Notes under the pieces: generated by a model | The model's input: only the letters and a program-made list of their open reading frames with translations | The model's database searches: none | Told to the model about the DNA's origin: nothing | Made by a program: the position numbers and the translations under genes | DNA from: Dicyema japonicum | Lineage: Eukaryota; Animalia; Dicyemida | Direction of reading: 5' to 3' | NCBI GenBank assembly: GCA_011109175.1 | Contig: RDEW01000001.1 | Coordinates: 561,182 to 625,181 of the forward strand | Length of the DNA: 64,000 bases | In this document: positions 39,001 to 52,300 of the stretch, one piece after another | Layout of the letters: each line of letters opens with the position of its first letter | Numbering within the stretch: position 1 is the first letter of the stretch

Positions 39001-41953
39001 ATGTCACGGACGAAATCGGCAAGGATAAATCTAGACACGTGACTGAATACTAACACATGAATGGCTTAATTTCGTAAATTTCAATGATCGAGTGAAAGCA
39101 GTCTGGAAAATATTTGATAATCGTAGCGTTGATTAAAATCATTGAGTCGTCGTCATTTTTTAGAATAACTCCAATTTTAGAGAGGAACCTGTCAAAATAT
39201 CCTTTAAACTTGATGAGCTCCGTTTCATTGTCCATAACACTGGGAGTAAGTGAAAGACCACCTCATGTAAATACTTCTGGAATTGCAAATGGCCTTCATC
39301 AAATATTGCCATGATTTGATGCTCCGAATGGTCAGTTGGTTATAACTCTACACAACATTACACAAGTGTACGCTGGTTATGGTAATTTCAAGATACGAGG
39401 TCATCATCAATATCAATATGTTGAACACTAAGGGGGCACTGAAGGATTCCACGAAATATTGGGAGAGCACGTTTCTGAATGAATAAAGATTTCGGTCGGC
39501 GGATATTAGGGAGAGAATATAAACAAGACACGTCACAGCATCCGATCGCCTCTTTTCTTCTTCCGGAGTCATTAGAATTTCGAATATAGAGTCCAGAACA
39601 TCCTGCAGGAACTTTACAATCTAAACTATAGCATATTCACGACCTGTCCCCCTTCCACCTTGAGTACTCCCTTCAATACGGAAGATAGATCACTTTTATT
39701 CTTCTTCCAGTTTAACAAGTTCATTAAATTTTCATCTTGGGTTAACTTTGTAGAGCAAACAGTGACGTGGAGTTTTAGAAAATCTTTGTCTTTAGTTAAC
39801 CCGGACTGCTGGGCAACAATTTTTTTGGAATTTAATTCATTAAACTTTAATTCCTCCTTTTTGGTGGCCGGCCATTCGAGATACTGCATTTGCTTCTTCT
39901 CATACTGACGATCAGTTATTGCGGACAACCTTGTAAACAATGAGCTCATATGTTCCATCGTTGATTGTGGTTGAATTCTCGTTCATAAATCGAAGGAAGG
40001 AGAATCCGAATGGTTTGGACCTATCTACAGGTTACTAACCCACGGACTTTCATTCGAGGACCTGTGGTTGAAGACGATCAGAAGATGACAATTCTCGAAT
40101 TCTTGTATTGAAAGAGAAATCCTAATACAAAACAAATTTATACTTTGAATAGTTCATTCCATCTCGGTTGTTCCTCGTGGTAATAAACCATGGTAGAATA
40201 TGTCTCCACTGGGGGAACTCCAGAAGCAAGGAAGATGACATTCTTTCATCATAACTATCTGATACCTGTAAGGATCTCGATTTGTTGTCAATAACAGTGG
40301 CGGACACTTCTATATTTCTGTCTGATATCTTCCCTCCTTTTTGAAACTCCCCGTTGATCAGTCTTATGTATATTTCATTCCTCACGTCAGCTAAAGGTCA
40401 TTTTGTCAACAAACACGAAGGCATTTTCTCAGGGAATCCTACTTTTCTCAAAATGGGGATATTTTCAATTTCGAAAAACGAATTGGCTTGAATGATCTAC
40501 TCAAGTAACAACAAACTGACCTCAATGTAGTCCCCAAAGTACGGTTGGAGGGAACACCAGACGCCTTTGTCATTTTGCTTTAATTCTTTGTAGACTGTTT
40601 TGATCCCCTTGGCTATTTGGACATCAATAAATTCCTTCTCCGACCCACTTTAGATCACAACAGGACATTACTAGTAAAATGGAATGAACAAACTCTTGGA
40701 ATCGACCAGATCTTTGTTTAAGAGATCCGAAAACCTCTTCACTTGCAAATAAAAATATTATCTAAACCTCCAACCCCCAGAGCTTTCCGAATTTTCCCAA
40801 TATTTTTCTTTACCTCACTTCCCTTTCCAACGAATCCTTTACATTAGAGATTTACCAACCAGTTTTTACTATACAAACGACAAGATAGATGTTTTCGTCA
40901 CATGTTAGTCGGATATTCAAATCCTACAGATTAAGTGGAGATTATAACCACAAAAAGGAAGGAAAAAGACTCTAGGTTGTTGTGCATCTGAGGGTTCCAT
41001 TCAAACAGAAAGCTTTCACTGAAGATAACACAATAAATCACCTAATTTGTTCGTTTTCACTCAGATTGTACAAATAGAATGATAATTGGATTGTTTCCTG
41101 GATATCACACACAATACTCTGAAGCTGCATGAACAAGCCAAATTGTTGGTAGGTGTTATAGTCCCAGTCAGTTTTCTACAATCACACCACAACAGACCGT
41201 AGTATTATCCCCGTATTTACTCTGGAGTTGTTCGTGCTAAATATGAATGGGAGACTACCAGTTTGAGTAATTTTATGCAGTCGATTTCATTGGAACGAAT
41301 TATTTCCTGTTTTTCGTCTCGAATTATAAAATCCCCGTTGACCAGCCTAAACTACGGCCAATCTAAACATTTGTCCTTTGTTTATGCAGTCAACCGCATT
41401 TTTCTGTATTAATTTGATTTCGTCCTACGAATTTTTCACATTTCATACATTAGAGAGTTTGGTGGACTGTAATGTCATTAGATGTTGGTGTAGTTGGCTG
41501 AAATAGCCCATGAACTTTGTAAAAACCTGTAGATTGTCATTCTTATCGATTATTACTAATATACTTTGAACATTGTGACGATTGAGCTATGCCAGTCTCT
41601 TATTACCATTTTTATCTCCGTAAAGACCAGGGGGTGAGTTTGTTCTATGAATGTGTATGGACTGACACTCAAATTGAATATTACACTCTCTGAGGCTTAT
41701 ATTCTCTCTCCGTTAAGAAACTCTTGGGAACAATCGAGTTGATGACGTCAGATCTCAGTAAAAGCTTTCCGTAAAACCAATCTACAGTCATTTCACTAAA
41801 CTACCAGAGTTTTCAGAAACTGGCTCAAATAAATCCCCAATTAGAATGGATTGTCCCTGATTGGACGGAACATAGTTAGCTATGACTTTTAGTGTAAATT
41901 AATAGCATACCAACGTATATTTTGTGATTTTGCACTGATTTAAACTTATCCAT
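36047..41953 (-). CDS. DOCK1-5-type (DOCK-A/B) Rac GEF: SH3, C2/DHR-1, DHR-2; many micro-introns
   Basis: Start MDKFKSVQNHKIYV|VIANY (25-nt intron 41886-41910), SH3-like IGD...DWFYG...IVPKSF. DHR-1 RNEIYIRLINGEFQKGGKISDRNIEVS. DHR-2 MKINGVVDAGVNGGYLNY and LEVHAKYVTASMTPLHYHMIESFKKL. Internal exons are not fully resolved. Confidence 0.88.
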
Positions 41954-42114
41954 TAATTTGGAATTACCGGAATTAGAATATTTATATGGATTATAGTCGT
42001 TAATTCTTTGAATAATTTATTTTTTGGTTATTACTTTACTCATTTAATAAAATGACTCAGATCCGTGTCATTATTATTAAAAACTAAAAATCACCGACAA
42101 ATTAATTAACTACA

Positions 42115-43990
42115 TAGCCGTCAGGTGATTCCGGCCGCCTCGAGTAGCCATCTCATTCTTGCTCCATGTTCTTCCCGGTTCCAACGCATTTCCGGATTGG
42201 NNNNNNNNNNNNNNNNNNNNNNNNNNNNNNNNNNNNNNNNNNNNNNNNNNNNNNNNNNNNNNNNNNNNNNNNNNNNNNNNNNNNNNNNNNNNNNNNNNNN
42301 NNNNNNNNNNNNNNNNNNNNNNNNNNNNNNNNNNNNNNNNNNNNNNNNNNNNNNNNNNNNNNNNNNNNNNNNNNNNNNNNNNNNNNNNNNNNNNNNNNNN
42401 NNNNNNNNNNNNNNNNNNNNNNNNNNNNNNNNNNNNNNNNNNNNNNNNNNNNNNNNNNNNNNNNNNNNNNNNNNNNNNNNNNNNNNNNNNNNNNNNNNNN
42501 NNNNNNNNNNNNNNNNNNNNNNNNNNNNNNNNNNNNNNNNNNNNNNNNNNNNNNNNNNNNNNNNNNNNNNNNNNNNNNNNNNNNNNNNNNNNNNNNNNNN
42601 NNNNNNNNNNNNNNNNNNNNNNNNNNNNNNNNNNNNNNNNNNNNNNNNNNNNNNNNNNNNNNNNNNNNNNNNNNNNNNNNNNNNNNNNNNNNNNNNNNNN
42701 NNNNNNNNNNNNNNNNNNNNNNNNNNNNNNNNNNNNNNNNNNNNNNNNNNNNNNNNNNNNNNNNNNNNNNNNNNNNNNNNNNNNNNNNNNNNNNNNNNNN
42801 NNNNNNNNNNNNNNNNNNNNNNNNNNNNNNNNNNNNNNNNNNNNNNNNNNNNNNNNNNNNNNNNNNNNNNNNNNNNNNNNNNNNNNNNNNNNNNNNNNNN
42901 NNNNNNNNNNNNNNNNNNNNNNNNNNNNNNNNNNNNNNNNNNNNNNNNNNNNNNNNNNNNNNNNNNNNNNNNNNNNNNNNNNNNNNGGTCGTATGTTTGA
43001 TAGCTTCCAAATGGAAGGAATACAATTTTCGTTGATTGAAAAGTTAATTTTTGTGAGGTCCATGATAGCATAGGGGCCTATGTTTTTCAGAACTATTGCA
43101 GGGATTCCGTCCGGACCACAGGAATAAGTAGACTTTTGACCCTTGACCATATTCTGTACGTTCTCCACAGAGAGGATAATCGGGGAGGTGGCTCTTTTAG
43201 GTTTGAGGGCTAGGATGGATGGACCTTCAAATTTTTTGTGTGGGATGAAACTCGTGGAGGAGTAGTACTTCATAATTTTGTTTAGGAAGATCTTGTTTTC
43301 CACTTCATCACGTGTGGCCGGGTTGTCAGCGTTACTAAAGCTTCTAAGTGATTTCCACACTTTTGTAAGGGAGTTCTGCTTGTTTAGATTGGACATGAGG
43401 TTTTTCCAAACTTTCTCCTGTTTTTTCTTTGCATTGTTCCTGATCTCTCTTTCTAATGTCGAATTCTCAATCTTGTTTCCCAGGATTGTTTTTGGAGGCT
43501 TTTTAGGTAATTTCTTTTTTTATGAGTGGATCGGCTCTGGGGGAAGACGTGAAAGGATCGTCTACCATTTTTGTATTGTAAATATTTATTCAAAAACAGA
43601 AACAAATATATTAGTAACAACTCATGCTCCATTAACAAAGAGACTGTGGAGATTCCTGTGGCGATGACTATATTCAGGAACTGTGAATACCCGAGGGTCT
43701 CTGAGTCCACCAATTGCATTCCCGATTTTGTTAACGATTCCCACTCTTGCGACAACAACTCATGCTCCATTAACAAAGAGACTGTGGAGATTCCAGTGGC
43801 GATGACTATATTCAGGAACTGTGAATACCCGAGGGTCTCTGAGTCCACCAATTGCATTCCCGATTTTGTTAACGATTCCCACTCTTGCGACAAAGTGAAG
43901 ACTATCTCGAAGGGCCTAGTATTTCTGCTCGGCAAAGTCGACATTTGGTGGTTAATTGGTCGGAACATAGCTCTATGGAATAACCACTGA
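42115..43990 (-). mobile_element. Family A LINE spanning the N-gap 42201-42986
   Basis: CGPDGIPAIVLKNIG...WKLSNIR matches the copy at 12.1-12.3 kb. 3' end ggaatcacctgac...gtagtta. 138-bp duplication near 43617-43892. Confidence 0.72.
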
Positions 43991-44204
43991 ATATCTTTTT
44001 TTGACTAGAAGAGATTAAAGCGCAGAGAATAATGTAATTCTCATTAGTTTAAAAATATTTTGTCTCCACCGTCTTTTGAGTTCATTGCCTATGCATACGA
44101 GATTACACCCACCTAAAAATAATAAAGACAAGAGTGACCTATATCAGCGACTCTCACCGCAACCTACTTTGTCTAAAGTTTATATTCCCTTGTTATACTA
44201 GAGT

Positions 44205-44543
44205 CACTTTATCTGACCAGCTTGTCTCAGGTGGTCCCCCATGCCATGATGGCACGAAAAATCACTTGCTCTCCTCTACTCCATTAGAGGGATTATTAAC
44301 CTTCAAGGACTGAATGCTTTCTTCTCTTTCCTATAGTTCTGGATAGAGTAGTGTGATAGTGAAAAGTCCCTGCCACTTTATCTGACCAGCTTGTCTCAGG
44401 TGGTCCCCCATGCCATGATGGCACGAAAAATCACTTGCTCTCCTCTACTCCATTAGAGGGATTATTAACCTTCAAGGACTGAATGCTTTCTTCTCTTTCC
44501 TATAGTTCTGGATAGAGTAGTGTGATAGTGAAAAGTCCCTGCT
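44205..44543. repeat. 169-bp tandem duplication
   Basis: cactttatctgaccagc...gaaaagtccctgc at 44205 and 44374. Confidence 0.88.
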
Positions 44544-44989
44544 TTGTAATCGTGGGAAATGGATGCATATTAACTTATTTCTTGGTGTGTTTTGGTTATT
44601 GTTAACACTTGCACATAGTAATATTATGCGCGGTGGTATTGTAGTGAAAAGTGCTGTGATGTTCGTTATACCCGACAAGTGAAGGCCAAGACGCAATTAT
44701 AAATGTCAGTCACTTCCACAATCCTCTATTCTGATTTCATGTCGAGATGGACAATAGTTAGAGGGACATTAGTTATTCAGTGTACTCCACACCACCTTGA
44801 ATGAACAACGAGTCCATAATGCTCTTATTCTCTATATTATCATATTAGTCAATATTTTCCATGGTTCTCACCGAGGCTGTCTCTTGCAATCTTCACTTTC
44901 TGTTAACAGCTGGTGGAGAAATCTTGTTTCTTTAGGTCATCGCAAAATATTTAAATCTAACAGGATTTTAAGATTGGCTTGACGAGTGA

Positions 44990-47725
44990 TGACGCCGTCA
45001 TTAATGAACATTTTCGGATCCTCTATAAAGGACATGCAACCAACAAAATAAGTTAAGAGTATTCCTTAGGTCTCCAGCACACGCATACTCGATGCTCCGT
45101 AAAACAAATTTTTTGTATAGGAACTTCAACGATGGGAAAGTGTAAAAAAGCCTTAAGAATTCAAATTTTGCATAAAGTATGGACAGCCAATGATCGTGGC
45201 TGTAATGCAATTTCGTTTATCGCCCACGAACAATACTATGATGTATATGCTCCGCACATGGACAGTTTCGAAAAATGTGGGCGAATTGGACGAGTTTTAC
45301 CAAATCCTGTTGAAAACACATTTGCAAGTTCATAAATCTACACTAACGTTCATTTGTGGTGATTGCCAAAGCAGACATGAGAAGGGATAAAGAAGTCTGT
45401 ATGGGAAAACATGGCAGAGGATATCGAAATCTCTCTGGACACTCACTCGTTGATTTTTGTAGTTCATCAAATCTGTATCTATGCAATACCACGTTTGAGC
45501 ACCGTGCAAAGCACAAAACTACCTGAGTTGGCACAAGAAGGTCCAAAGACGGCGACTACACGTGTACATATGACCAAATAGATTACACTATCTGCCCAAT
45601 CTCTTTAAACAGATTGTTGACAGTCTCAAGGAGTTACGGAGGAACTACAACTGACATATATCATAAATTAACAGTAGCCAGATTATGTCTTAAACCATAT
45701 TTCGGAATTGAGGCAGTAAAGAGGAAAAGTACGTCTCTAAATAGACGTTTGACTGTGGAAATGATGACTTTTGACACTTGGCCAAAAGATATCTAAACGG
45801 TATCCTAAAACTGTAGGCGACATAGACTGTTGGATACCAAGAAAAAGACGGGAGTAGACATATTATTAATGACCCCGTAATAAGAGAATTGTCGGAACAG
45901 CAGAAGGAAATAAGTCGAAACTGGGAAGATCAGATTCTAATAAAAGTGCATTAAAGAGAAAGCGTAATCAAATATCACATTTGATAAGAAAACGATCGAA
46001 TGACCTCTGTCACAAATATTTGGAAGATAAGACTGAAATTGAAAACTGTCAGTATGGAAAACTAATGTTGTCTGCTGTTAAAAAACGAGGAACTGCGAAA
46101 AAGCCGCTGAAAATCTGTGACCACGCTGGTCATTATTTACAAAACCCAGAGGATAGAGCAAACCATATTTCCAAACACTTCGAGGCACAGTTTAATTCCG
46201 TTGGGGGTGAATATACCTAAATTTATTGGAAATCCAAGACCCCTTGCAAACAAAATTAAACTAAAGGAAGTAACAAATGCATTCATACACCTAAAGACAA
46301 TCGTTCAGCTGGCTATGATAGCATCCCGGGCGAGTTGCTAATACATGCTCCGGTTATTGTTGGAAACATAATCACGGATATATTAAACGAGTCGATGGAA
46401 CTTCACTGTTCACTTCCATTAGGACATGGGTCTTAATTCCGATACACAAACCTGGGGAAAAAGGGCTATTATTCTACTGTCAACTATCAGGAAGACATTA
46501 TCGATCATAGTGCTTAACCGTATACGAGAGCCAGTGGAAAAATACCTTTCCCAAAGTCAAAGTGGGTTTAGAAGTGGAAGATTTACCTCAGATATCGTGT
46601 CATCGATGGCTTACATCAAAATGTCAAAACTACAGGAAAGTCATCTACATCCTAGGAATTGATCTAACGAAGGCTTTTGACAACATCAACAGAGAAAAAC
46701 TCATGGGTATTCTACAGGAACTGCTGCCTGAGACTAATAAGTCTATTACTTTCTGAAACTGATCTATCCGTGAGAATAGGAACTAAGCATTCAGAGTTTC
46801 AGTACCAACATGGGAACCCCACAAGGTGATTCCTCATCCCCAATTCTATTCATCATATACCTTGAAGCTGCCCTCAGGGAGCTGAGAAAGGAAATGGATT
46901 ATAAATACGAAGATATAATTGAATTGTTATACGCGGATGATGTAGACTTTGTGTGTACTGACCAGAAAAGCCTACTTACCAAATTTTTGTCCAAGCCGAA
47001 ATTATTTAAAAAAATGGGATCTGGACACAAATATTACAAAAACGGTCTACACACGAATCGAACGAGCCAAATCAAAAAATGACGAACTATGGAGGCATAC
47101 AAAAAAAAGTCGGCTCACTATTAGGTGACGCCGAGGATATTTGTCGAAGGAAAATACTGGCAACCATATACTTCAAAATGTACAACATCTGGATTAGAAA
47201 AAGACTTGTATCACTAAACTTAGTGTCAGATTATACAACACGTTTATCAAACCAATACTGATATACAATTACGGAACATGGGGAACCTCAAAAAACGATT
47301 TAAAAAGGCTAGACACTTTCCACAGAAGCCAACTGCGCATACTGGCCGAGAAAAATCTAAAACGAGAAACTATATGCTCTATATAAATCTACACCAATTA
47401 GTATGGACGTTATTCTATCGAGATGGCAACTATTTGGAAATATTATCAGACTTGACCCGACTACGCCGTGCAACAGAATAATGGAAGAATATTTCTGATG
47501 GAAGTCATGGATTTCGAGGGATACCAAGAAATCACTTCCAATTAGCTTAAAAGATGACTACGAAACAATCGGTCGTAAATTGGTAACAGCAGACGACCTG
47601 GATGATGTTCGAATAAAGGCCAGAAACAAGATGGCGTGGGCGAGGATGGCGAAAAGGATGGCTGTAAAGTATGGCTCAAGAGAAACCCTTTTAGGGTTAC
47701 GCTAAGGAGTTTTTAACTAACTAAA
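44990..47725 (+). mobile_element. RTE-like LINE (family B), near full-length ORF (APE + RT) but frameshifted
   Basis: VYAPH, TCTYDQIDYTICP, GYDSIPGELL, GIDLTKAFDNINR, GTPQGDSSSPILF, YADD (46930-46941) and FRGIPR. Ends ...taactaactaa. Confidence 0.9.
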
Positions 47726-48094
47726 TTAAAATTTTCTTCAGGATCCTCGAGCCTACAAGGTGCATTTAATAAGTGAATGATAATAGGGAGTCCAGGGTGA
47801 CTACCAAGATGGAGGGGGTTTTCCTAGTGGAAATCTGGGAATCGCATAAATTGTTGGCATTATTTGTGCCTTTTTTGTTAGTTATTAACTCCAAACCTCA
47901 CCTTGTAGGAGGCCGACTGTCCTATTTACTGCTGGATGCTTCCACAGATTTTTTTTAGAAGGTTAATAAAAAATAAATTTAAATAAATATAAAATCCATA
48001 ACTCGGAATAACTATCAATAAATTAAATAATTAAAAAACTAAAACTTTAAAAAGAATAAATTTATTTAAATTCAATATAAACGTAATCACAGTA

Positions 48095-48725
48095 ATGTTT
48101 GGCTTCGAAAGTGATGATTTTGGATCATTGACATATCGACAAGTAATTATTTTCATTCATCTTAGAAATTGGCTCAGTTTTTAGCAATGATGTATGTTGG
48201 AGTTACCGCCTTGGCTTTCTGGAAGTTCCTTATAATATTAACCTCCTGTTTCAGTCCAATCGTAGTTTGCACGAGGTATGTCGCATCTTATATTCTTAGC
48301 GGAAGTATGGAACCCGGGTTTTACAGAGGAGATCTTCTCTTTGTGTCCAAGCCTGATGTTCTGAAAATAAGAGCGGGAGATATCATCGTAATGCAGTTGA
48401 AAGTTCGCGAAATCCCCGTGGTTCATCGTGCCCTGTTTGTGCACAGTTCGAAAAAGTTATTTAAAATTAAATATTCAAGTGGGAGTTACAATTATATACT
48501 GACTAAGGGGGACAACAACCTTGTGGATGATCGTGGGTTGTATCAAACTCATACATATGTAGAAAACAGGCATATATTGGGGATCATTCGAGGGTAGTAG
48601 TGATTGCTTACTATAGGACTATTCCTTATGTTGGGTATGTTACTATTCTGCTTAGTGATTATCCAGTACTAAAGGTTTTATTTGTCGGATTTCTTTGTAT
48701 TACAACTTTTATTAAGAGGGAGTAA
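48095..48725 (+). CDS. SEC11: Signal peptidase complex catalytic subunit SEC11; introns 48143-48165, 48276-48299, 48456-48479, 48594-48616
   Basis: SPIVVCT|SGSMEPGFYRGDLLF, IPVVHR, KNGSYNYILTKGDNN.VDDRGLY and RG|TIPYVGYVTILLSDYP...KRE*. All four introns are GT-AG, 23-24 nt. Confidence 0.95.
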
Positions 48726-48959
48726 TTGGGTTAATAAATTTGTCTTGTCTTACGGGGTTAATCCCTCGTTACTTATTAAAAATATAAATTATAGAAATAA
48801 TTTCTTAATACTTAAAATAATAGTAATTTCCCTTTTGTGATAGACCTGAGACGGCAAATAGGCCAAGTTATTCCCAAGCTATCTTATATATATTTCTTAA
48901 TACTTAAAATAATAGTAATTTCCCTTTTGTGATAGACCTGAGACGGCAAATAGGCCAAG

Positions 48960-49240
48960 TTATTCCCAAGCTATCTTATATATATTACACACTCCAGATA
49001 AGGTTAAAAAGTCTGAAAAAAAGTACGAAGGACACCTTAACCGATTTATCCTATGCACCATTGCTTCCAAGACAACTGAGAATATAAGCAAAAAGTCTTT
49101 TATCAAGAGACTAAAGTCGTAGGCCATAACGCCCGTGAAGCAAAGTTGATATCTGTTGTGAGAAACGACGCTGCATCGAGTATTTATTAACTCCAAGATC
49201 ATAAAGAAAAAAGGTGTCAAAGGAAACTAATTAGGTGATC
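48960..49240 (-). mobile_element. Weak CRE-like 3' fragment abutting a family A LINE 3' terminus
   Basis: KDFLLIFSVVLEAM...IAWE is a weak match. Family A terminus gatcacctaattagtt on minus at 49225-49240. Confidence 0.3.
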
Positions 49241-49367
49241 TAGCTTTTAGTAATTTCCAGAATCCACAGGAGATCATTGTTATTCTTAAATCCCTTCCTG
49301 AGTATGTATATACGGTGGGATCAATAAAACACATTTATTAACTTAATATAATCAAAATACAATATAA

Positions 49368-52300
49368 TCACACAAATGGCAATAATGACTTTCTATCATT
49401 AACTCTATAAGGGAATCTCTCCAAAGCAAATGAAAGTTTGGACAACCAAGTCATCTTATCCTCATTACATGGAGTCTAGTATTACCAAAAATATACTTTA
49501 ATAACAATCTCCCTACAATATCCTCCAATAACAAACGAATCACCATCAATGTCCCTCACATTAATATCACTCAACTAAACCATCACACACCACCATACAG
49601 GAATCTGATGAATATGCGAGTAACTGGGGTATCCCTTCACTTGTAATATCTTACCAAACACCACAAAACTCTCAAATAAAACAACAAGTCGTTCCTTATC
49701 CTTACTCAGAGACTTGACTGAACTTTTTTTAATAAACAATTTCTGTTGGTGAATGACATCCCCATAAAATGACAGACTTTCCTACAATAAAANCACGACC
49801 ATACAGGAATCTGATGAATATGCGAGTAACTGGGGTATCCCTTCACTTGTAATATCTTACCAAACACCACAAAACTCTCAAATAAAACAACAAGTCGTTC
49901 CTTATCCTTACTCAGAGACTTGACTGAACTTTTTTTAATAAACAATTTCTGTTGGTGAATGACATCCCCATAAAATGACAGACTTTCCTACAATAAAAAG
50001 TAAATCCTACGGGTAATCCAGAGAGATAATGCACATGGATAGCATTATTGGCATTCTCAGGGACATTACACATTATATTATAAGCCTCCTTCAACTCATT
50101 CGTACAGTAATTCTCACTCTCCATCAAATTTGCCAAAAGAAGTCGATACTTAGTGATCCTCTGCACAGGTTTAACCGGATAGCATTATTGGCATTCTCAG
50201 GGACATTACACATTATATTATAAGCCTCCTTCAACTCATTCGTACAGTAATTCTCACTCTCCATCAAATTTGCCAAAAGAAGTCGATACTTAGTGATCCT
50301 CTGCACAGGTTTAACCAAATAACTGTCTAAAGACTCCTCCGATTTGCAGTCCACCTGCATCCTCTGGGTATTAAAACATCATTACATGAAAATACTCCCA
50401 ACATTCATCAACCACTACTCTGTCCACTTCATGCTTATTAACACAGTACTTTACATAAAGGGAAAATGTCTCCGACTAGTATAACACAACCACTAACCCA
50501 CGTGACAAAACAACATCCAATGTTATATCCCTCACTCTCAAAAGTCATCAAATCAGGCAAAAATATTCTAAAATAAAGAAACCCCCACCCTTTGTGAAAA
50601 TTCCGTAAATCCTCAATATTCCCGAAAATTCGTGCAATATTCCGAGAAACAACCTCAGGAGGTTTCAACAGTGATGACTTTAGAGGAGTCAAATAGTACT
50701 ACATAACAGCTCACCATTACCTTAATGCAATCACTTAAATCATTAACATATGCCTGTTCTGTAGTCAACAACTCATTAACCACGTGTCTACTATCATTAT
50801 CCTTACCGTAGTTAACAGCACACTTTATAACCAAAAAACTTACCGTGATTGTGCGGTCGGAATAATCCCAATTCAACTCCTTAACACGTTTTTTAATGGC
50901 GGAAATCCACGACTTGACACTGTTTTGATGCAGTGACCCCTCCATGGCAGACTCAGCTAACTGATAGAAGGTATTCTCGAGTTCCCGAATGTGCTAAAGT
51001 AACCCAAAAGATGACATTGTGGTCGTCCCCCCTTGTAATATAGTTGAGAATCTGGTAATAATGGAAAACAACCTTTTTACCACATTGTTGTAACTCCCAG
51101 TAATGCCGACAGTGCGAATACTCATTTCTTCTGTTAGCCCACAACACAAGAACAGACTTTTCCAACTCCATAACCTCCTCCAAAGCAACTAAAGTACCCC
51201 CACAAACCAACCATTAACATAGGTAATATCCTCATCCCCCTCCAGTCGCACAATATACTTAATAAATATATCAGCCGCTTTCCTCACAAGCGTACATGCC
51301 TTCATAAAGTCTTGTTTCCGTTTATTATGAATAGTAACAAGTTCGTCAATACGGGGGAGGACATCTGACCTGCACTCACTACACCAATCAGTTCCCCCAA
51401 TAGAATAATCTCTCTTCAGTCCACCAAGTGCCTCGCAGACCTGATTGCATCACAAAACCAACCTGTCTCACTGTTGTAAAGTAGTCAAGTCCAGCAGTTG
51501 TAATTCTCATTCTATAATCAAAGTTATTTCTCAGTCTCATCCATGCAGTCTCCACCAAATCAACCAACTCCCGTACCCCAACCTTATCATAGTGGTCACC
51601 CATAAGGAGTGACTCTGCTTGCTCAAACATAATAACAGCAGCCTCATACGTACCCCACATAATTAACAATACAACCTCCATTGATTCTTTCAAGTGCATC
51701 AACTCTGTATTCATACTCTCAGCTTCCTCTGCACAAGTGGGAGACCGAATCACAGAATTCATTAAAATTTCATTAGCTTTAATCAATTTAACCACCTAAT
51801 AATCCCAAAACCAACTTTATCGTAGCTCATTCTCACATTGCAGTGACCCAAGTAAGATGACACCACTTTCTTTCTTCTATTCAACAGCATGTCAGTCTGT
51901 TGTCTCCACTCATTCACATTGCCCACCATAACAGTCATTGATTCCACCAAATTAGTCATATTCAACTGCACCACCCTCTACCATAACCCAACAACCACCT
52001 CAATAGTAAGTTTGTGTAGTTTTATGTATTCAACAAACCTAGCATCAGCAGTCTTCTCTATATTTGAATATTCCTCACTGCATTTCCTAGCATTCTCAAT
52101 ATCACTGTCCTTTGGTAACACAGCCAACTGTTTACTACAGAATCCATAGAAGGCGCTTATATCATTATAGTTTGTCTCCAATTTACGATAGTCAAGAAAT
52201 ATATTCATAACTTGATTATATTTCTCTAACTTGGCGGATATGCTTTCATATTCTCTATTAGTAGTAACAACTTGTTCTACACTCACAAACATGACAAACC

